A stretch of DNA of 63,504 nt, filler included, from Reclinomonas americana ATCC 50394 (lineage: Eukaryota), in the NCBI GenBank assembly GCA_048213135.1. It is 31 parts of 31 records of this genome, joined end to end, with 100 filler letters (N's around TTAATTAATTAA, not from the genome) between each part and the next. Parts side by side here need not be neighbours in the genome. Positions count along the whole stretch, not along the records: positions 49,405 to 51,339 come from AFZH01025113.1; positions 51,440 to 53,374 come from AFZH01025114.1; positions 53,475 to 55,407 come from AFZH01025116.1; positions 55,508 to 57,439 come from AFZH01025117.1; positions 57,540 to 59,466 come from AFZH01025118.1; positions 59,567 to 61,488 come from AFZH01025119.1; positions 61,589 to 63,504 come from AFZH01025120.1; 24 more parts are not named here. One strand, written 5' to 3'. Position 1 is the first letter of the stretch. Each line of letters opens with the position of its first letter. Shown here one piece after another: positions 49,405-62,869 of this stretch. The position numbers were made by a program, and so were the translations under genes. Below the pieces are notes generated by a model. The model made no database searches and had not been told where the DNA came from. It worked only from the letters and a program-made list of their open reading frames with translations.

Positions 49405-51339
49405 CGAAGCACCGCCTGCCAGCGGAGACGGCCCACTAGAATCGGCGCGACCGGTACTGGTGGGACGGCGCGTTGCCGGGCTCACACGTCGTCCCGGCGA
49501 CGACGATGTCTGTGCGTTTCGTGGTGCATTCGGCGCCGCAGTTGGCGGTGTTCGGTGACCAGTGCGCGACACCGCCGCAGCTGCGGACGCGGCAGCCGCA
49601 GCGGCAGCTCGAGCTTGCACCTGGAGCGCAGCGACGACGGACTCTTCGGGCCGCGGTGGACTGCGTTGAATGCGCGGATTGGCAGCGAGTGCACTGGCGG
49701 CTCGCCCACGACGACGCGGTGGTGACGCATTCATCATGGGTCGCGCATGCGACGGCGACGGTGAGCGTGAGCTCATGATGCCGCCGCCACTCGTGCGCTT
49801 GCTTCGCGACGGCGACGTCCAGCGGGCCCGCACCGTCTCCACCGGCACCTCGGCGATCGCATTGGCCACATCCGGTGGCAACGTGCCACCCGAGTCCACC
49901 GACCGCGACCAGGAGCCCTGGTGCGATCCGCGCAGAGGCGAGCGGCCACCTTCGACAGCCAGTGCAGCAGTTTGTCTGCGCAGTGGCGACTCGGCCGGGT
50001 TGCGCATCGATGGTCGCGACACCACCGCCAACTTGCCGACCATGCTCTCTGCGGCCACTTGCGCCGCGGCATCGGCACTCGGGGCAAACACCAGCGGCAG
50101 TGGCTGACCCAGAGGCGTCGACTGCGGTGGTGCCGGCGGAGGCGGCGTGGTGCCGGATATGGTCGGTGGAGCGGCCGGAGTGGCACTCGACACCAGTGCA
50201 CCCCCCACTGACGACGCACGCGGGCGAGTCGGCGACATGCCTTGCGTTCCTCGCGGCGACCGCGGGCTGTGCACATAGTCGTGAGTGAGTGGCTGACGGT
50301 TCAACACACCGACTATGAAAAGAAAAATCACCTCCGAAGCGTCGCCGTGGCCAGATCGTACTCTGCACCCTCGTACTCATGTCTCGGCGACAACAATCCA
50401 CGCGCCACAGCACCATCGTCAACCTGCAACGGGCGTGGAGACTGAACAGCGACGACATTAATTAAGCAACTTCAGCACCGGGATGTGCAACAGAACTGCC
50501 AAGAACTTACCTCCGACTTGCTGTTCCAGTACGAAATGACACCGGGAGCACGCGAAAAAATGCCACAGTGGGGCGCGCAGTCGAAGTACCGCACGCCCTG
50601 CACCTGGCCATCATTCAAGCCCACTGTGTCGAACACGCACACGTGCGCGTAAGCAACTCTGCGACCAGCTTGAAGTTAGCAGCATCGATGCAACAAACCT
50701 TGATTGTCGAGTTCCACGCCGACCCACATGCCCGGCGCAAACAGTGTTGTGCCGATGAAGCGAACGGTGCCGAGCTCGAAGTTCTTGGTCATGGTCACTC
50801 GCTCGCCAATGTGGAAGTAGTGTCCGTCCACCAGCACCCGCTGCTCACAAAAATGAGAACCGAGCAAACAAAGAAGAAACACGCAACGAGGCACTGTCGC
50901 AACTTCGGGTGATGGTGCACCGAGACCGCGCGGCGTGGTCACTGTTGACGAAACGCGTGAACGTGGAACCGACGAATCACGTGGCGAGTCGACAGAGACG
51001 TCGCCGGCCATCACCACGCCTGCTGCTGCTGCTGCTGCTGCATCTTTCGATTCCTCCGGCGTCTGACCGTCGAGACTCGTCCGCCGCGGCGACTGTGGCG
51101 TGACCGTCAAGAGTGGCCGCGAGACAATAATGCCACCACCACCACGAGGACTGCTGAGACCGGTCGACTGTGGCGCCAGTGATCCAGATGGCGACTGCCG
51201 CTGCGGCGATGTTCGGCGATCATTATTACTACTGGCAATGGGCGCAGATGGCGAGCCTTGCCGCGGTCGCAGTCGCTGCTGCTGCAGGCGCCACTCCTGC
51301 GCCAGAGTCATTGTCTGCTGCGTGTCCGCGCCGTTAATA
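49405..51339 (-). CDS. CAP-Gly domain protein fragment, allele A
   Basis: IGERV..GTVRFIGTTLFAPGMWVGVELD..GLNDGQVQGVRYFDC..GIF. Confidence 0.92.
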
Positions 51340-51439
51340 NNNNNNNNNNNNNNNNNNNNNNNNNNNNNNNNNNNNNNNNNNNNTTAATTAATTAANNNNN
51401 NNNNNNNNNNNNNNNNNNNNNNNNNNNNNNNNNNNNNNN

Positions 51440-52606
51440 TTGGCACCACTGGTCGCCACCGGCTCTGTGCGATTGATCGACTCATCGTGGTACATGCCAG
51501 CTGACAATCGCGACATTCACGCAGAGTGCGTTCATGCGAGAGAATGGAGGGAAAAAGAATCACTCACTCACTGGTTGCATGACAGATATGTGCAACAGAG
51601 AATCCCCGGCGCCGTCTTCTTTGACATTGAACATGTGGCCGACCAGGCCGCTGGCCGACCGCATGCACTCCCGAGTGCAGAGTGGTTCGGCCATTGCATG
51701 GGCGAGCTTGGTACGTGTGCATGCATTTCACACACTGGTGCATTGTAATAACAACCTCATGTGGTGACAGGAATCACTCCCGACGACGATGTTGTTGTCT
51801 GTTGCGTGCTTTGCTGAGTGTGCATTATATGCATGTCACTCAATGACTGTGGTGCAGACGACTCAAAGGGAGTGTTTGCATCGCCACGAGCGTGGTTCAT
51901 GCTCAAGGCGTACGGGCATCGCGGCAGTGTGCGAGTGCTTGATGGTGGACTGCCGGCGTGGCTGCGAGCGAAGCAGCCAGTGGAAAGCGGTGTGCCGACG
52001 CCACCCGTGAAGACCGAGGTCCGCTGCTGACAAAGTGCGCTGTCATGTTTCGTCGCCTCACGCTTGGATCGGTGCAGTACGTCGCCACTCTCAACCCGGC
52101 AATGGTGCGCACGCTCGACGAGATGCGTGGCATTGTGTCGACGGGTGCGGAGCAGGTGTGCGACGCGCGACCAGCCGATCGCTTCTACGCTCGTGTGCCG
52201 GAACCGCGACAAGGCGTCCGCGGGGGTCACATGCCGGGAGCGCTGAGTGTGCCGTTCTTGACCTTGCAGAACGAAGATCGCACGATGAAGAGTGTGGAGG
52301 AGCTGCGAGTTGCGTTTGTCTGCGTACATGCACCACGTTGCTCGACAAGTCGACTCAAACACACACAGCAAGTGTTCCTCGCTGCCGGAGTCGATCCGCA
52401 GCGACCGGTGGTGGCCTCGTGCGGCAGGTGCGATCTCTTTCGCTCTTCACTCGCTTTCGTGTTGCTGACATTTGTCGCACAGTGGCATCACTGCCAACGT
52501 CATTCTGCTGGGTCTTCATCTGGCATTCCCCGAGACACGAGCGGCGCTCTTTGGAGGATCGTGGCTCGACTGGGGATCGCGCCCAGACACACCAATCGTC
52601 TCCTGA
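51440..52606 (+). CDS. MPST: Mercaptopyruvate sulfurtransferase, allele B
   Basis: Near-identical to 12465-13658, with SNPs and intronic indels. Confidence 0.93.
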
Positions 52607-53541
52607 CGGGAACGAGAGTACAGCACAGATTTTTTTCATTTGAACGGCAGGGGAGGAACACAGAAACACAGACCAGCACTCGGTGCACGATGATGACTCG
52701 ACGCAGGAGCGAGTAGGAAGAGAGAGAGAGAGAGACTGCACAACCAGATGTGCCTGCACACGCTGCAGACAGGCTGGTGCAAAACCACTTTTTAGAGAGT
52801 AACACACGCACACACACACAAAAAAGGAGGGGAAAAAACAGAAGGGAAAAGCAAACGGACTAACGGCAACAAAACCACGACGAGGAAAACGCGAGAAGAA
52901 AACCCAACAACAGCACACGTGCACACATCAGAAACGCGCAACTCAACGTCGCAAACACTAGCACACTAAAGAGAAAGAAAGAGACAAACATCATAAAAGA
53001 ACGCAGTCGACAATACTCCACCACCACACAACCACACGCCAAAAGCTGCCAGCCACAACAACAACAACAAGAGAAACGCAGTCAGCATGCACGATCGCCG
53101 CCACAGACACTTGGATACGCGCACGCTTCTCTTCACCTCTACCTCATCCGCCAAGCACCAGTCCGTGTCCCCACATCCCATCCCGCCGCCACCGAAATTC
53201 GCACAGTGTCCACGCATGCCACTACTAAAGGTCAGCAGCCACACACGTCACAGGCGATGCCATTGGAGGAAGAGTGGTGATTAGTTTCCTCCCGCCGGTG
53301 CCGGTGCAGCACCAGCAGACGCGGGACGATCGCCACCACCGCGGCCACCACGACGGCCACCACGGTCACCGCCANNNNNNNNNNNNNNNNNNNNNNNNNN
53401 NNNNNNNNNNNNNNNNNNTTAATTAATTAANNNNNNNNNNNNNNNNNNNNNNNNNNNNNNNNNNNNNNNNNNNNCAAAGGACGGGCAGCACTCTCTAAAT
53501 ACTGCCTCTGCATCTCTTCTCTCTCCCTCTGGCAGACTCAC

Positions 53542-54017
53542 CAGAAGCGCCCGGCACAAAATCCTTCCATGTATCGGGCACACCGAGCAGCTCGCCCGTG
53601 ACAGGGTCCCTCGTGATGTTGAGCACCTTGCTGAAACCCATCGGCCGCGATATTGGCGTCGAGTCGTCCACAATGGCCGGCATGGACCCAGAGGGACCGG
53701 CCAGTGCTGCTGCAGAGGCCGCTGCCGTCGGCGTGGTCGTGGTGGTCGTGGTGGTGGTGGTCGACGAAGAACCGCTGCCGCTTCCTGACGGCGCGGGGGG
53801 TGCCGGGCGGGCGGGCGGGTTTGCCGCGGCTGGCGTGCAGTACGCGTGAGACGACGGAAAAAGGGGAGGAAAGGGGGAGAGGGGGGGTGGGTTCTCACCG
53901 GTGGACGCACGCGGCGGCTGTGATTGCAACGCAGGCGGTGGCGGCGGTGGCGGACTCAGTGGACCGGCAGAGATGGCCACAGCGGAACCGGCGGCCGCGC
54001 CAATGCGTGACACGACC
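53542..54017 (-). CDS. CRIB/PBD-containing (PAK/STE20-like) protein fragment
   Basis: ISRPMGFSKVLNITRDPVTGELLGVPDTW follows the PAK p21-binding domain pattern. Confidence 0.7.
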
Positions 54018-54249
54018 TGTGAGAGAAATGGGGGCGGAGAGTCAAATGGCGGACGAGACAGAAAAATAGGAAGGGATTGAAATGAAGAGAAATGAGAGAT
54101 GGCATCAGAGGAGGCGAGAGCCATGCAGAAAAGAGACATTCAATCGCAAATCACACCAGTGAGTGTGTCAAAAAATGAGAGAGATGAGACACACGCAGAT
54201 GACGAGGGCAGAAAATGCCGAACGGACTCAAGGAGTAAAGTAAAAACAT

Positions 54250-55110
54250 GAGGTACCTGACACGAATGCTGGAGACACGAATAAGACGCGGACGACAACG
54301 ACAGAACAGGCTCGGGAGAGAGAAGCGAACAGCAGACAAGAATGACATGCGGACACCGAGAGAGGCAGGACTCAACACGACGACAATGGCAGCAGGCTCG
54401 GCAAACAACGGACACGAAGTGACAGACAAGAATGAGACGCGAACGACGAGCCTCAAGAGAGGGTGGACAGGAATGACCATGCTAGAATTCCTAACAGAGT
54501 TCGTGACAAGGGCTGCACTTTTCGAAGTGCTTCCAACAAAACCCAGACGAGAAAGGGGGAGTTTCGGGAAAAGTAACAACACGTTGCGCTTGAAGCAGAC
54601 ACGAATGAGACGCGGACGACGGTAGGGAACAGGAATAGACAGGAGGTGCATCTAACAAGAGCGCCAGACAAGAATGAGACGCGAACGACTATCCTCGAAG
54701 GGAGAGGACTGAACAACAACAGATCACCCAGCAACAATGGGCATTAACAGCAGGAGGTGCTCTCACAAAGACTCACGCATCAAAACACGAGTGCGACACA
54801 AGAATGAGACGCGGACGACGAGAGCGGACAGGACTACGTGCACAGTACAGGCTCGGGGAACGCAGTAAACAACAGGGGGAGCTTCACATCAAGAACCCCA
54901 TATCTAAGTACGAGCGCGACACAAGAATGAGACGCGGACGACGAGAGCGGACAGGACTACGCGACAGTACAAACAACAGGAGGTGCTTCCAATGAAGAAC
55001 CACGCATCAAAGTGCCAGCGCGGACGACACTGCTAAAGGGACAGCACAGGTTCGGGGAACGCAGTAAACAACGCAAGTGGGCGCTTTCCATGAAGACTCA
55101 CACATCAACA
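54250..55110. repeat. Composite degenerate minisatellite (core GACAC/AAGAATGAGACGCGGACGAC)
   Basis: Core recurs about 7 times; two near-exact 44-nt copies at 54795 and 54918. Confidence 0.8.
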
Positions 55111-55310
55111 ACAGAGAATGACGCACACGCCAATGGAACATCATTGGCGTCAGACAACAACGCACAAGAAACACGCAGACACGTCTCGCAGAGAGGAAGC
55201 TCACACTCGACACAAACACATGAGCTCACATGAGAGACACACACTGAGCAATGTGTGAAGATCGGCGTATTGGCGTGACAGAAAACACGCCACATTGCGC
55301 ATGACAATGC

Positions 55311-55344
<34 letters not shown>

Positions 55345-55507
55345 GTGTGTATGTTTACCTGAGGTTGCGGAGGAGGCGGCGACGGCACCGGAACTATAAT
55401 TTACACANNNNNNNNNNNNNNNNNNNNNNNNNNNNNNNNNNNNNNNNNNNNTTAATTAATTAANNNNNNNNNNNNNNNNNNNNNNNNNNNNNNNNNNNNN
55501 NNNNNNN

Positions 55508-57404
55508 CCGGCCACGGCCGCATCGACAGTCGCCTCCTCGGCACCGACCTTGTCGGCAATGTCGACAACGACGACTACAACAACGACAACAACCTCTGCT
55601 GCGTCGTCGTCGTTGTCGTCGTCCACGACCATGACTACCACGACGACAACAGCAATGTCGACGACAGCCTCGTCCACGCAGACATCGTCTGTTCCGATCA
55701 GTGCCTCGGCGCCACCTGCGTCGCCCATGTCACCACCAGATGAGCGTGCTGCTGCTGGTGTTGGTGGTGCGGGTGGTCGCTGCCGTCCAGTGATCAACAC
55801 GAGTATGCTCAGTGAGATGGAGACGCAGCTGCCGCGTGCGGTGCGCCGTCCGTCTGGCACGCTCGCCGGTGGAAGCGGCCTGCACAGTCGATCGGTGCAC
55901 ACGCCGCAGGGGCAGCGACAGCACAGACGGCGACGCAGTTCGGCCTCCGACGATCCGCTGGATGACGCGGCGAACAGGAATCGCGGCCGCCGGGACGACG
56001 AAAAGGACGAGGAGGAAGAGGAGGAGGATGTGTCGCCCACGCCAACGCCTCTTGCCGCGGCCTTTGCTTCGCCCTCGAGTTATGCATCACCATCCATGGC
56101 GGGTAGTGCCATGGCCATTGGCAACCATGCACCACTGCTCATTGGGGGACTGACGGTGAGAGCGGAATGGCGTGCATGAATCGACGATTCCAATGTGGGC
56201 CTAAAACTCCTTGTGTCGCAGCGATCGGTTTCGGCCTCGTCGATTGCCGAAAGCCTTGTGCGCAGTCTGCAAGAGTCAATAGACGCGAGTGTCAGCGGTG
56301 GAGGCACTCACGAGTCGGTGACGGAGGCGCGCCTGCGCGAGATCATCATGGCTCTCGGTTCGCACTCCGCAGCTTGTCCGACCAACATGAATGGATGCTG
56401 ACAATTGTTGTGGTCCATGCAGAGGTCGATCGGGAGGTGGCCGACGCCATTCGCGAATGCAACGGCGTGCGCGTGCTGGTGGAGTGCTTTGCCCGCTGCA
56501 GTCGCGGACCGACGCTGACCGCCTCAGCCGTGTCGTGCACTCGATGCTCTTTGTCCGACAAGACGGTTTGTATTTGCTGTTGTTGGTGAAATGCACCACC
56601 TTCCACTGACTTTGTGGTACACCATCGTGTAGAGCATGTACAAAACCAGATTGCATTCCGCGAGGCTGCAGTCATTCCGCGTTGCTTGGCCCGGCTGACA
56701 CACCCCGATGTGGACGTCAAGAAGGGCATTTTGACCGTGCTGCGGTACGCAAGTAAGGGCTTCGAGGCGGCACAGAACGACGTACTGCAGTCACCTGGAG
56801 GCCTCGCTGTCATTGTATCGCTGTTGGATGCGAGCAACCGTGACACGGAGTTGCAAAGGCTCGCGGCCGAGGTGGTGCAGAGTGTCTGCTGGAGTTGCGT
56901 ACATTGATTTTCTTGTGAATCCTTAGTTGCCACACTGTCGCACTCACATTGTGGGGACGCAGACAACCGAGAGTGTGCCACTGCTGTTGCCAACCTGGAT
57001 GGTATTGAGAAGCTGGTTGAGCTGCTGGATTCGTCAGACATGCGCGTGCGCAGCACGGCGGTGATGGCAATCGCCAACGTGACGCAGGGTCTGGAGCGCA
57101 ATGTGGATCGTCTTCGTCAGTCCGGTTGCTTCCCGCGCATTGTTGAGCTGGCAGACACACTGGAGACCTTGACACAGCGGTCGGTGGCGTGCGGCGTGCT
57201 CTGCAACGCTGCGCGTTACGAAGCCAATCGCTCGCATCTGCGACAGGTTCATGGCGTGGCATTTGTGAGAGTATGCTGTTGATCCGCACTGCTGACTATG
57301 CGTCGCCCAGGTCGGCACGATTCCGCTCATGGTGCGCTTGGCACAACACTCGATGGCACGCCTGCGCATTGAGTGCACCAACTGCTTGTGGAACATTACA
57401 TGCC
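55508..57404 (+). CDS. Armadillo-repeat protein fragment
   Basis: NQIAFREAAVIPRCLARL, GGLAVIVSLL, DGIEKLVELL..AVMAIANV; preceded by an S/T-rich region. Confidence 0.8.
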
Positions 57405-57539
57405 GTTGCGTAGCCTTGTGTCTCGCTGTCCGCAATATCNNNNNNNNNNNNNNNNNNNNNNNNNNNNNNNNNNNNNNNNNNNNTTAATTAATTAANNNNN
57501 NNNNNNNNNNNNNNNNNNNNNNNNNNNNNNNNNNNNNNN

Positions 57540-59466
57540 CGAAGCGCCGCCTGCCAGCGGAGACGGCCCACTGGAATCGGCGCGACCGGTACTAGTGGGA
57601 CGGCGCGTTGCCGGGCTCACACGTCGTCCCGGCGACGACGATGTCTGTGCGTTTCGTGGTGCATTCGGCGCCGCAGTTGGCGGTGTTCGGTGACCAGTGC
57701 GCGACACTGCCGCAGCTGCGGACGCGGCAGCCGCAGCGGCAGCTCGAGCTTGCACCTGCAGCGCAGCGACGACGGACTCTTCGGGCCGCGGTGGACTGCG
57801 TTGAATGCGCGGATTGGCAGCGAGTGCACTGGCGGCTCGCCCACGACGACGCGGTGGCGACGCATTCATCATGGGTCGCGCATGCGACGGCGACGGTGAG
57901 CGTGAGCTCATGATGCCGCCGCCACTCGTGCGCTTGCCTCGCGACGGCGACGTCCAGCGGGCCCGCACCGTCTCCACCGGCACCTCGGCGATCGCATTGG
58001 CTACATCCGGTGGCAACGTGCCACCCGAGTCCACCGACCGTGACCAGGAGCCCTGGTGCGATCCGCGCAGAGGCGAGCGGCCACTTTCGACAGCCAGTGC
58101 AGCCGTTTGTCTGCGCAGTGGCGACTCGGCCGGGTTGCGCATCGATGGTCGCGACACCACCGCCAACTTGCCGACCATGCTCTCTGCGGCCACTTGCGCC
58201 GCGGCATCGGCACTCGGGGCAAACACCAGCGGTAGTGGCTGACCCAGAGGCGTCGACTGCGGCGGTGCTGGCGGAGGCGGCGTGGTTCCGGAGATGGTCG
58301 GTGGAGCGGCCGGAGTGGCACTCGACACCAGTGCACCCCCCACTGACGACGCACGCGGGCGAGTCGGTGACATGCCTTGCGTTCCTCGCGGCGACCGCGG
58401 GCTTTGCACAAAGTTGTGAGTGAGTGGCTGACGGTACAACACACCGACTATAAAAAAGAAATCACCTCCGAAGCGTCGCCGTGGCCAGATCGTACTCTGC
58501 ACCCTCGTACTCATGTCTCGGCGACAACAAACCACGCGCCACAGCACCATCGTCAACCTGCAACGGTCGTGGAGACTGAACGGCGACGACATTAATTAAG
58601 TAATTTCGGCATCGAGATGCGCAACAAAATAAGAACTTACCTCCGACTTGCTGTTCCAGTACGAAATGACACCGGGAGCACGCGAAAAAATGCCACAGTG
58701 GGGTGCGCAGTCAAAGTACCGCACGCCCTGCACCTGGCCATCGTTCAAGCCCACTGTGTCGAACACGCACACGTGCGCGTAAGCAACTCTGCGACCAGCT
58801 TGCAGCTTGCAGCATCGATGCAACAAACCTTGATTGTCGAGTTCCACGCCGACCCACATGCCCGGCGCAAACAGTGTTGTGCCGATGAAGCGAACGGTGC
58901 CGAGTTCGAAGTTCTTGGTCATGGTCACTCGCTCGCCAATGTGGAAGTAGTGCCCGTCCACCAGTACCCGCTGCTCACAAAAATGAGAACCGAGCAAACA
59001 AAGAAAAAACACGCAACGAAGCACTGTCGCAACTTCGGGTGACGGTGCACCGAGACCGCGTGGCGTGGTCACTGTTGACGAAACGCGTGAACGTGGAACC
59101 GACGAATCACGTGGCGAGTCGACAGAGACGTCGCCGGCCATCACCACTCCTGCTGCTGCTGCATCTTTCGCCTCCTCCGGCGTCTGACCGTCGAGACTCG
59201 TCCGCCGCGGCGACTGTGGCGTGACCGTCAAGAGCGGCCGCGAGACGATAATGCCACCACCACCACCACCACGAGGACTGCTGAGACCGGTCGACTGTGG
59301 TGCCAGTGATCCAGATGGCGACTGCCGCTGCGGCGATGTTCGGCGATCATTATTACTACTGGCAATGGGCGCAGATGGCGAGCCTTGCCGCGGTCGCAGT
59401 CGCTGCTGCTGCAGGCGCCACTCCTGCGCCAGAGTCATTGTCTGCTGCGTGTCCGCGCCGTTCACA
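57540..59466 (-). CDS. CAP-Gly domain protein fragment, allele B
   Basis: Near-identical to 49405-51339. Confidence 0.92.
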
Positions 59467-59626
59467 NNNNNNNNNNNNNNNNNNNNNNNNNNNNNNNNNN
59501 NNNNNNNNNNTTAATTAATTAANNNNNNNNNNNNNNNNNNNNNNNNNNNNNNNNNNNNNNNNNNNNGATGGTGAGATACAAAGTACAAGTAAAAAAATTG
59601 AAGTGATGCACATCGATGGACGCAAC

Positions 59627-61442
59627 AAAGCCATCGTCGGTGTGCTTGTCGGCCACGAAGAAAATGTTCGAGTTGCGCAACACGGCCTTGAAGTCCTTGT
59701 TGGAGGAGCGGCGGAGAATGTTTTGCAGGTCAAACGAGAACTCGTTCGACTCGGGGATGCTCTGCCAGGTGCGGATGAACGACTTCTTGTCGAGCGCGCC
59801 TTCCTCCTCGAACATCTTGGAGATGTCAATCGGGCAGGCAAAGTAGAATCCTCGTTCCGTCATGTTGTTCTGCGAACAGAGAAAAGAAAAAACGGGCATG
59901 GTGAGTGAGCGGGGGTATACAGGCCATGGGGGAGCCTGAAACAAAAAATGAACACGCACCTTCAGTGCAATCTGGATAATGTCAGCCTTGTTCTCCTTAA
60001 TGTCGCCCTTAAAGGCGAACGGCAGCGCAACGTCCTGCTTCTGGCCCGGCATGAGGGTCTGCAGGAACTCGGCAAGAGGTCTTGCCGCGCTGATGCCCCA
60101 GGGGTTCTTGTTGACCGACAGTGCAAAGCCGTTCATGAATGTGTCGACAGTGTTGGTCAGCGTCATGTCCAGGTACAGCTGGCCACCGCGGCGGTTGAAG
60201 GCGCCCTCCACCTGGAGACCGCTGCCCTTCTCCCTCGGCAGGATGAGTGTCTTTTCCACTTGCGGAGTCTGCCATGCGATGACGAATGAGCGGCTGACGA
60301 CACCCAAACAGATGGGGTAAAACAAAGCCGAACGCAACTTGTGAGCCACCCGAAGACGAGCCACCACCACCACCGCCAAACAGGTCCAGTCCACCGGCCG
60401 CAGGCGTTGGGCGCACTGATGCCACTGGTCCGCTGCCGAAGAAGTCGTCGATGCTTGCCGGCGGATGTGCTGTGCAAAGGGAGAAAAAATGGTCATGCAC
60501 TCACGCACACGCGTACACAGAAAATGGAGGGGAAATTACTCACAAGCACCAGCAGGCTTGGAGCTCGAGGAGCCACCAACGTCGCCGAAAATGTCCAGAC
60601 CAGCGCTGCCACCCGACGGAGCCGACGATGCCTTGCCAGCGCCCTCGCTACACAAACAAAAGAGTGAGTTGCCGCAAATCACTGGTCGGTCACATGCGCG
60701 CGACAGTCACCAACCTTGACGGCAGCTCGTACTCGTCATCGTCGTCGCCCTCGGCCTCGTGCGCCGCGCGGCGCTGGATGGCCTTGAAATCGGGCACAAA
60801 GAGCTCTGGCGGCTTGTGGTAGACCGACGCCAGAGTGCCAATGTGCTCCACCAACGAGTCCAGCACACGCGGGTCAAGAACGTTGGTGTCGTCGGTGATG
60901 GTCGGCTTCTCGCCCAACACCACATCCTACAGTAGCGATGATGAGCGAGCGAAACGGACTCGGGGACAAGGAGGAGGACACGCACCCTGGCCGCAGTCTC
61001 GTGCTCCGAGATCAGGCGGAAGTACATGTAGCCGCGATCGCGGAGATCTGGGTTGTCGCTCTCGGTTGTGCACAGAGTCAGAATCTGCAGTGGCACAAAC
61101 AAAAAGCAAATAGAGTGAGTGAGTGACTGTGCCATCGAGAGAGAGAGAATGAGAGGGAGGTGGTGACGCCACCTTCTCAGCCATCTCTTGTGTCTCCTCC
61201 GGTCGCTCCAGGAACACCTTGACGACGGCGGTGAGAATCTGCAGCTGCACCGACACGACCTCGTCCTCGAAGGTGTCGGTGAAGATCTCCAGCAACTGCA
61301 CCGGGTTCTCAATGCGGTGACCGTACTCGCCGATAATCCACACCATGGCGGCCTTGGCCTCGGGCTCGTCGAGCTCGTCGAGGTTCTCGCACAGCGTGGT
61401 GATGATGTTCTCGTAGCGGTTCGGGTACTTGCGGAAAATGTC
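59627..61442 (-). CDS. AP-1/AP-2 complex beta subunit (trunk end, hinge and appendage)
   Basis: DIFRKYPNRYE..LCENLDELDEPEAKAAMVWIIGEY, DNPDLRDRGYMY, IGTLASVYHKPP, F..TWQSIP. Confidence 0.95.
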
Positions 61443-61638
61443 CTGCGCAGAGACGGTCAGGCCACTGACACACAAATGCACACACAGANNNNNNNNNNNN
61501 NNNNNNNNNNNNNNNNNNNNNNNNNNNNNNNNTTAATTAATTAANNNNNNNNNNNNNNNNNNNNNNNNNNNNNNNNNNNNNNNNNNNNGTGTGTTGGTCA
61601 CCACCTGTGTTTACTAACACGTCCATCTTTCTTCACAG

Positions 61639-62304
61639 AGCATCTGGCGTCGTGCTCCGAGCGACAGGAGATGATCAAGGACAAGGAGTACTGCCAGGAC
61701 TTTGGCTGCGGCATTTGTGGCATTGCGGTGTTGGAGTCGAAGCGTCGCTTCGGCTTGCTTCGTTGCGTCCGACTTTATTCGCCGTCGGAAAATCGAAAAC
61801 AACCACGCCCGCTGACCCCCTGTCCTCACAGAGTGCTGCGATCACTCGTTCTGCCTGGACTGCATTCGTGCACATCGCGCCGCCGGTGCCCGTTCCGGCG
61901 TCAAGGACGGCGATCGCATGTGCCCGACGTGCGAGTCCATTTCGTACTACGTGATTCCGAGTCTGTACGCACCACGCAACGCTGCTCGCAAGGAGCAGAT
62001 TGTGGCCGACTACAAGGTACGACAAGCAGCACAATTGTGTGCTCTCTCTACGCACCACCACCTCATCCCTTTTGCCCCCTCCGCACAGGCGCGCCTCTCC
62101 AAGATCCCCTGCAAGCACTTCAACTGGGGCCGCGGTGTGTGCCCCTTCAACCAGAACTGCTTCTACCTGCACTCGCGCTCGGAGCGCGGTGCCGACTTGC
62201 GCGAGTCACCCTCGTCATCGGCATGCGCAACGCCGTCCAGCGGCTCCGCCTCGTCGACACCCTCGCCGGGCAAGCGTCCGCGGCCGTCGCAGCTCACAAT
62301 GTGA
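61639..62304 (+). CDS. MKRN: Makorin-family RING plus C3H zinc-finger E3 ligase, 3' part
   Basis: CGIC..RRFGLL.C.HSFCLDCIR..CPTC...YYVIPS, then CKHFNWGRGVCPFNQNCFYLH. Confidence 0.9.
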
Positions 62305-62869
62305 AGTATTTTTGTGTGTGTGTTGTGTATATACTATGTGTGCGTGGCGTGGCGTGGTGTGGTATGGTTAACAACAACTGTTTGCGAAGAGAAAAAGAAA
62401 AAGCCCCATCGGAAGGAGTGAGGAAAAAGGAAAATGTTTGTTGTGTAAGCGCGTGTTTTTTGTTTATGTTGTGCGTCCGTGTACAGAGACGGAGTGAGAG
62501 AGTGTGGTTTGGAAAAAGAAACATATAAAGTGAATTGGTACTTTTGGTTGCAGCGGGCGGCCATGACATGTAGTACAGTTCGTAACTGAAAGGTGGTGAT
62601 GGCCATGGCAACATGCCCGACCCCGCGGCCGCCCACAGCCTTTGCCTTCATCCGACACCGGTCCCACTTCCCAAGCCGGCGCCACCGGATCAGAATGCAG
62701 AGACAATGAAGAGCAGCAAGAGCAGCAAGAGCAGCCGACTTCGATATCACGTTGCACAGTACATCATGACGGACGGACACACGCGAGTCGCTCCGCTGAA
62801 TCACTCACACAAAAAAGGCGGAGAAAAGCGCGCGTTTCGTGTGCCTCTCTCTATCTCTCCTCTGCTACA

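Noticed and set aside
50458..50465. Internal TTAATTAA as a hidden spacer
   Set aside because: It has no N flanks and is present in both alleles, so it is natural intronic sequence.
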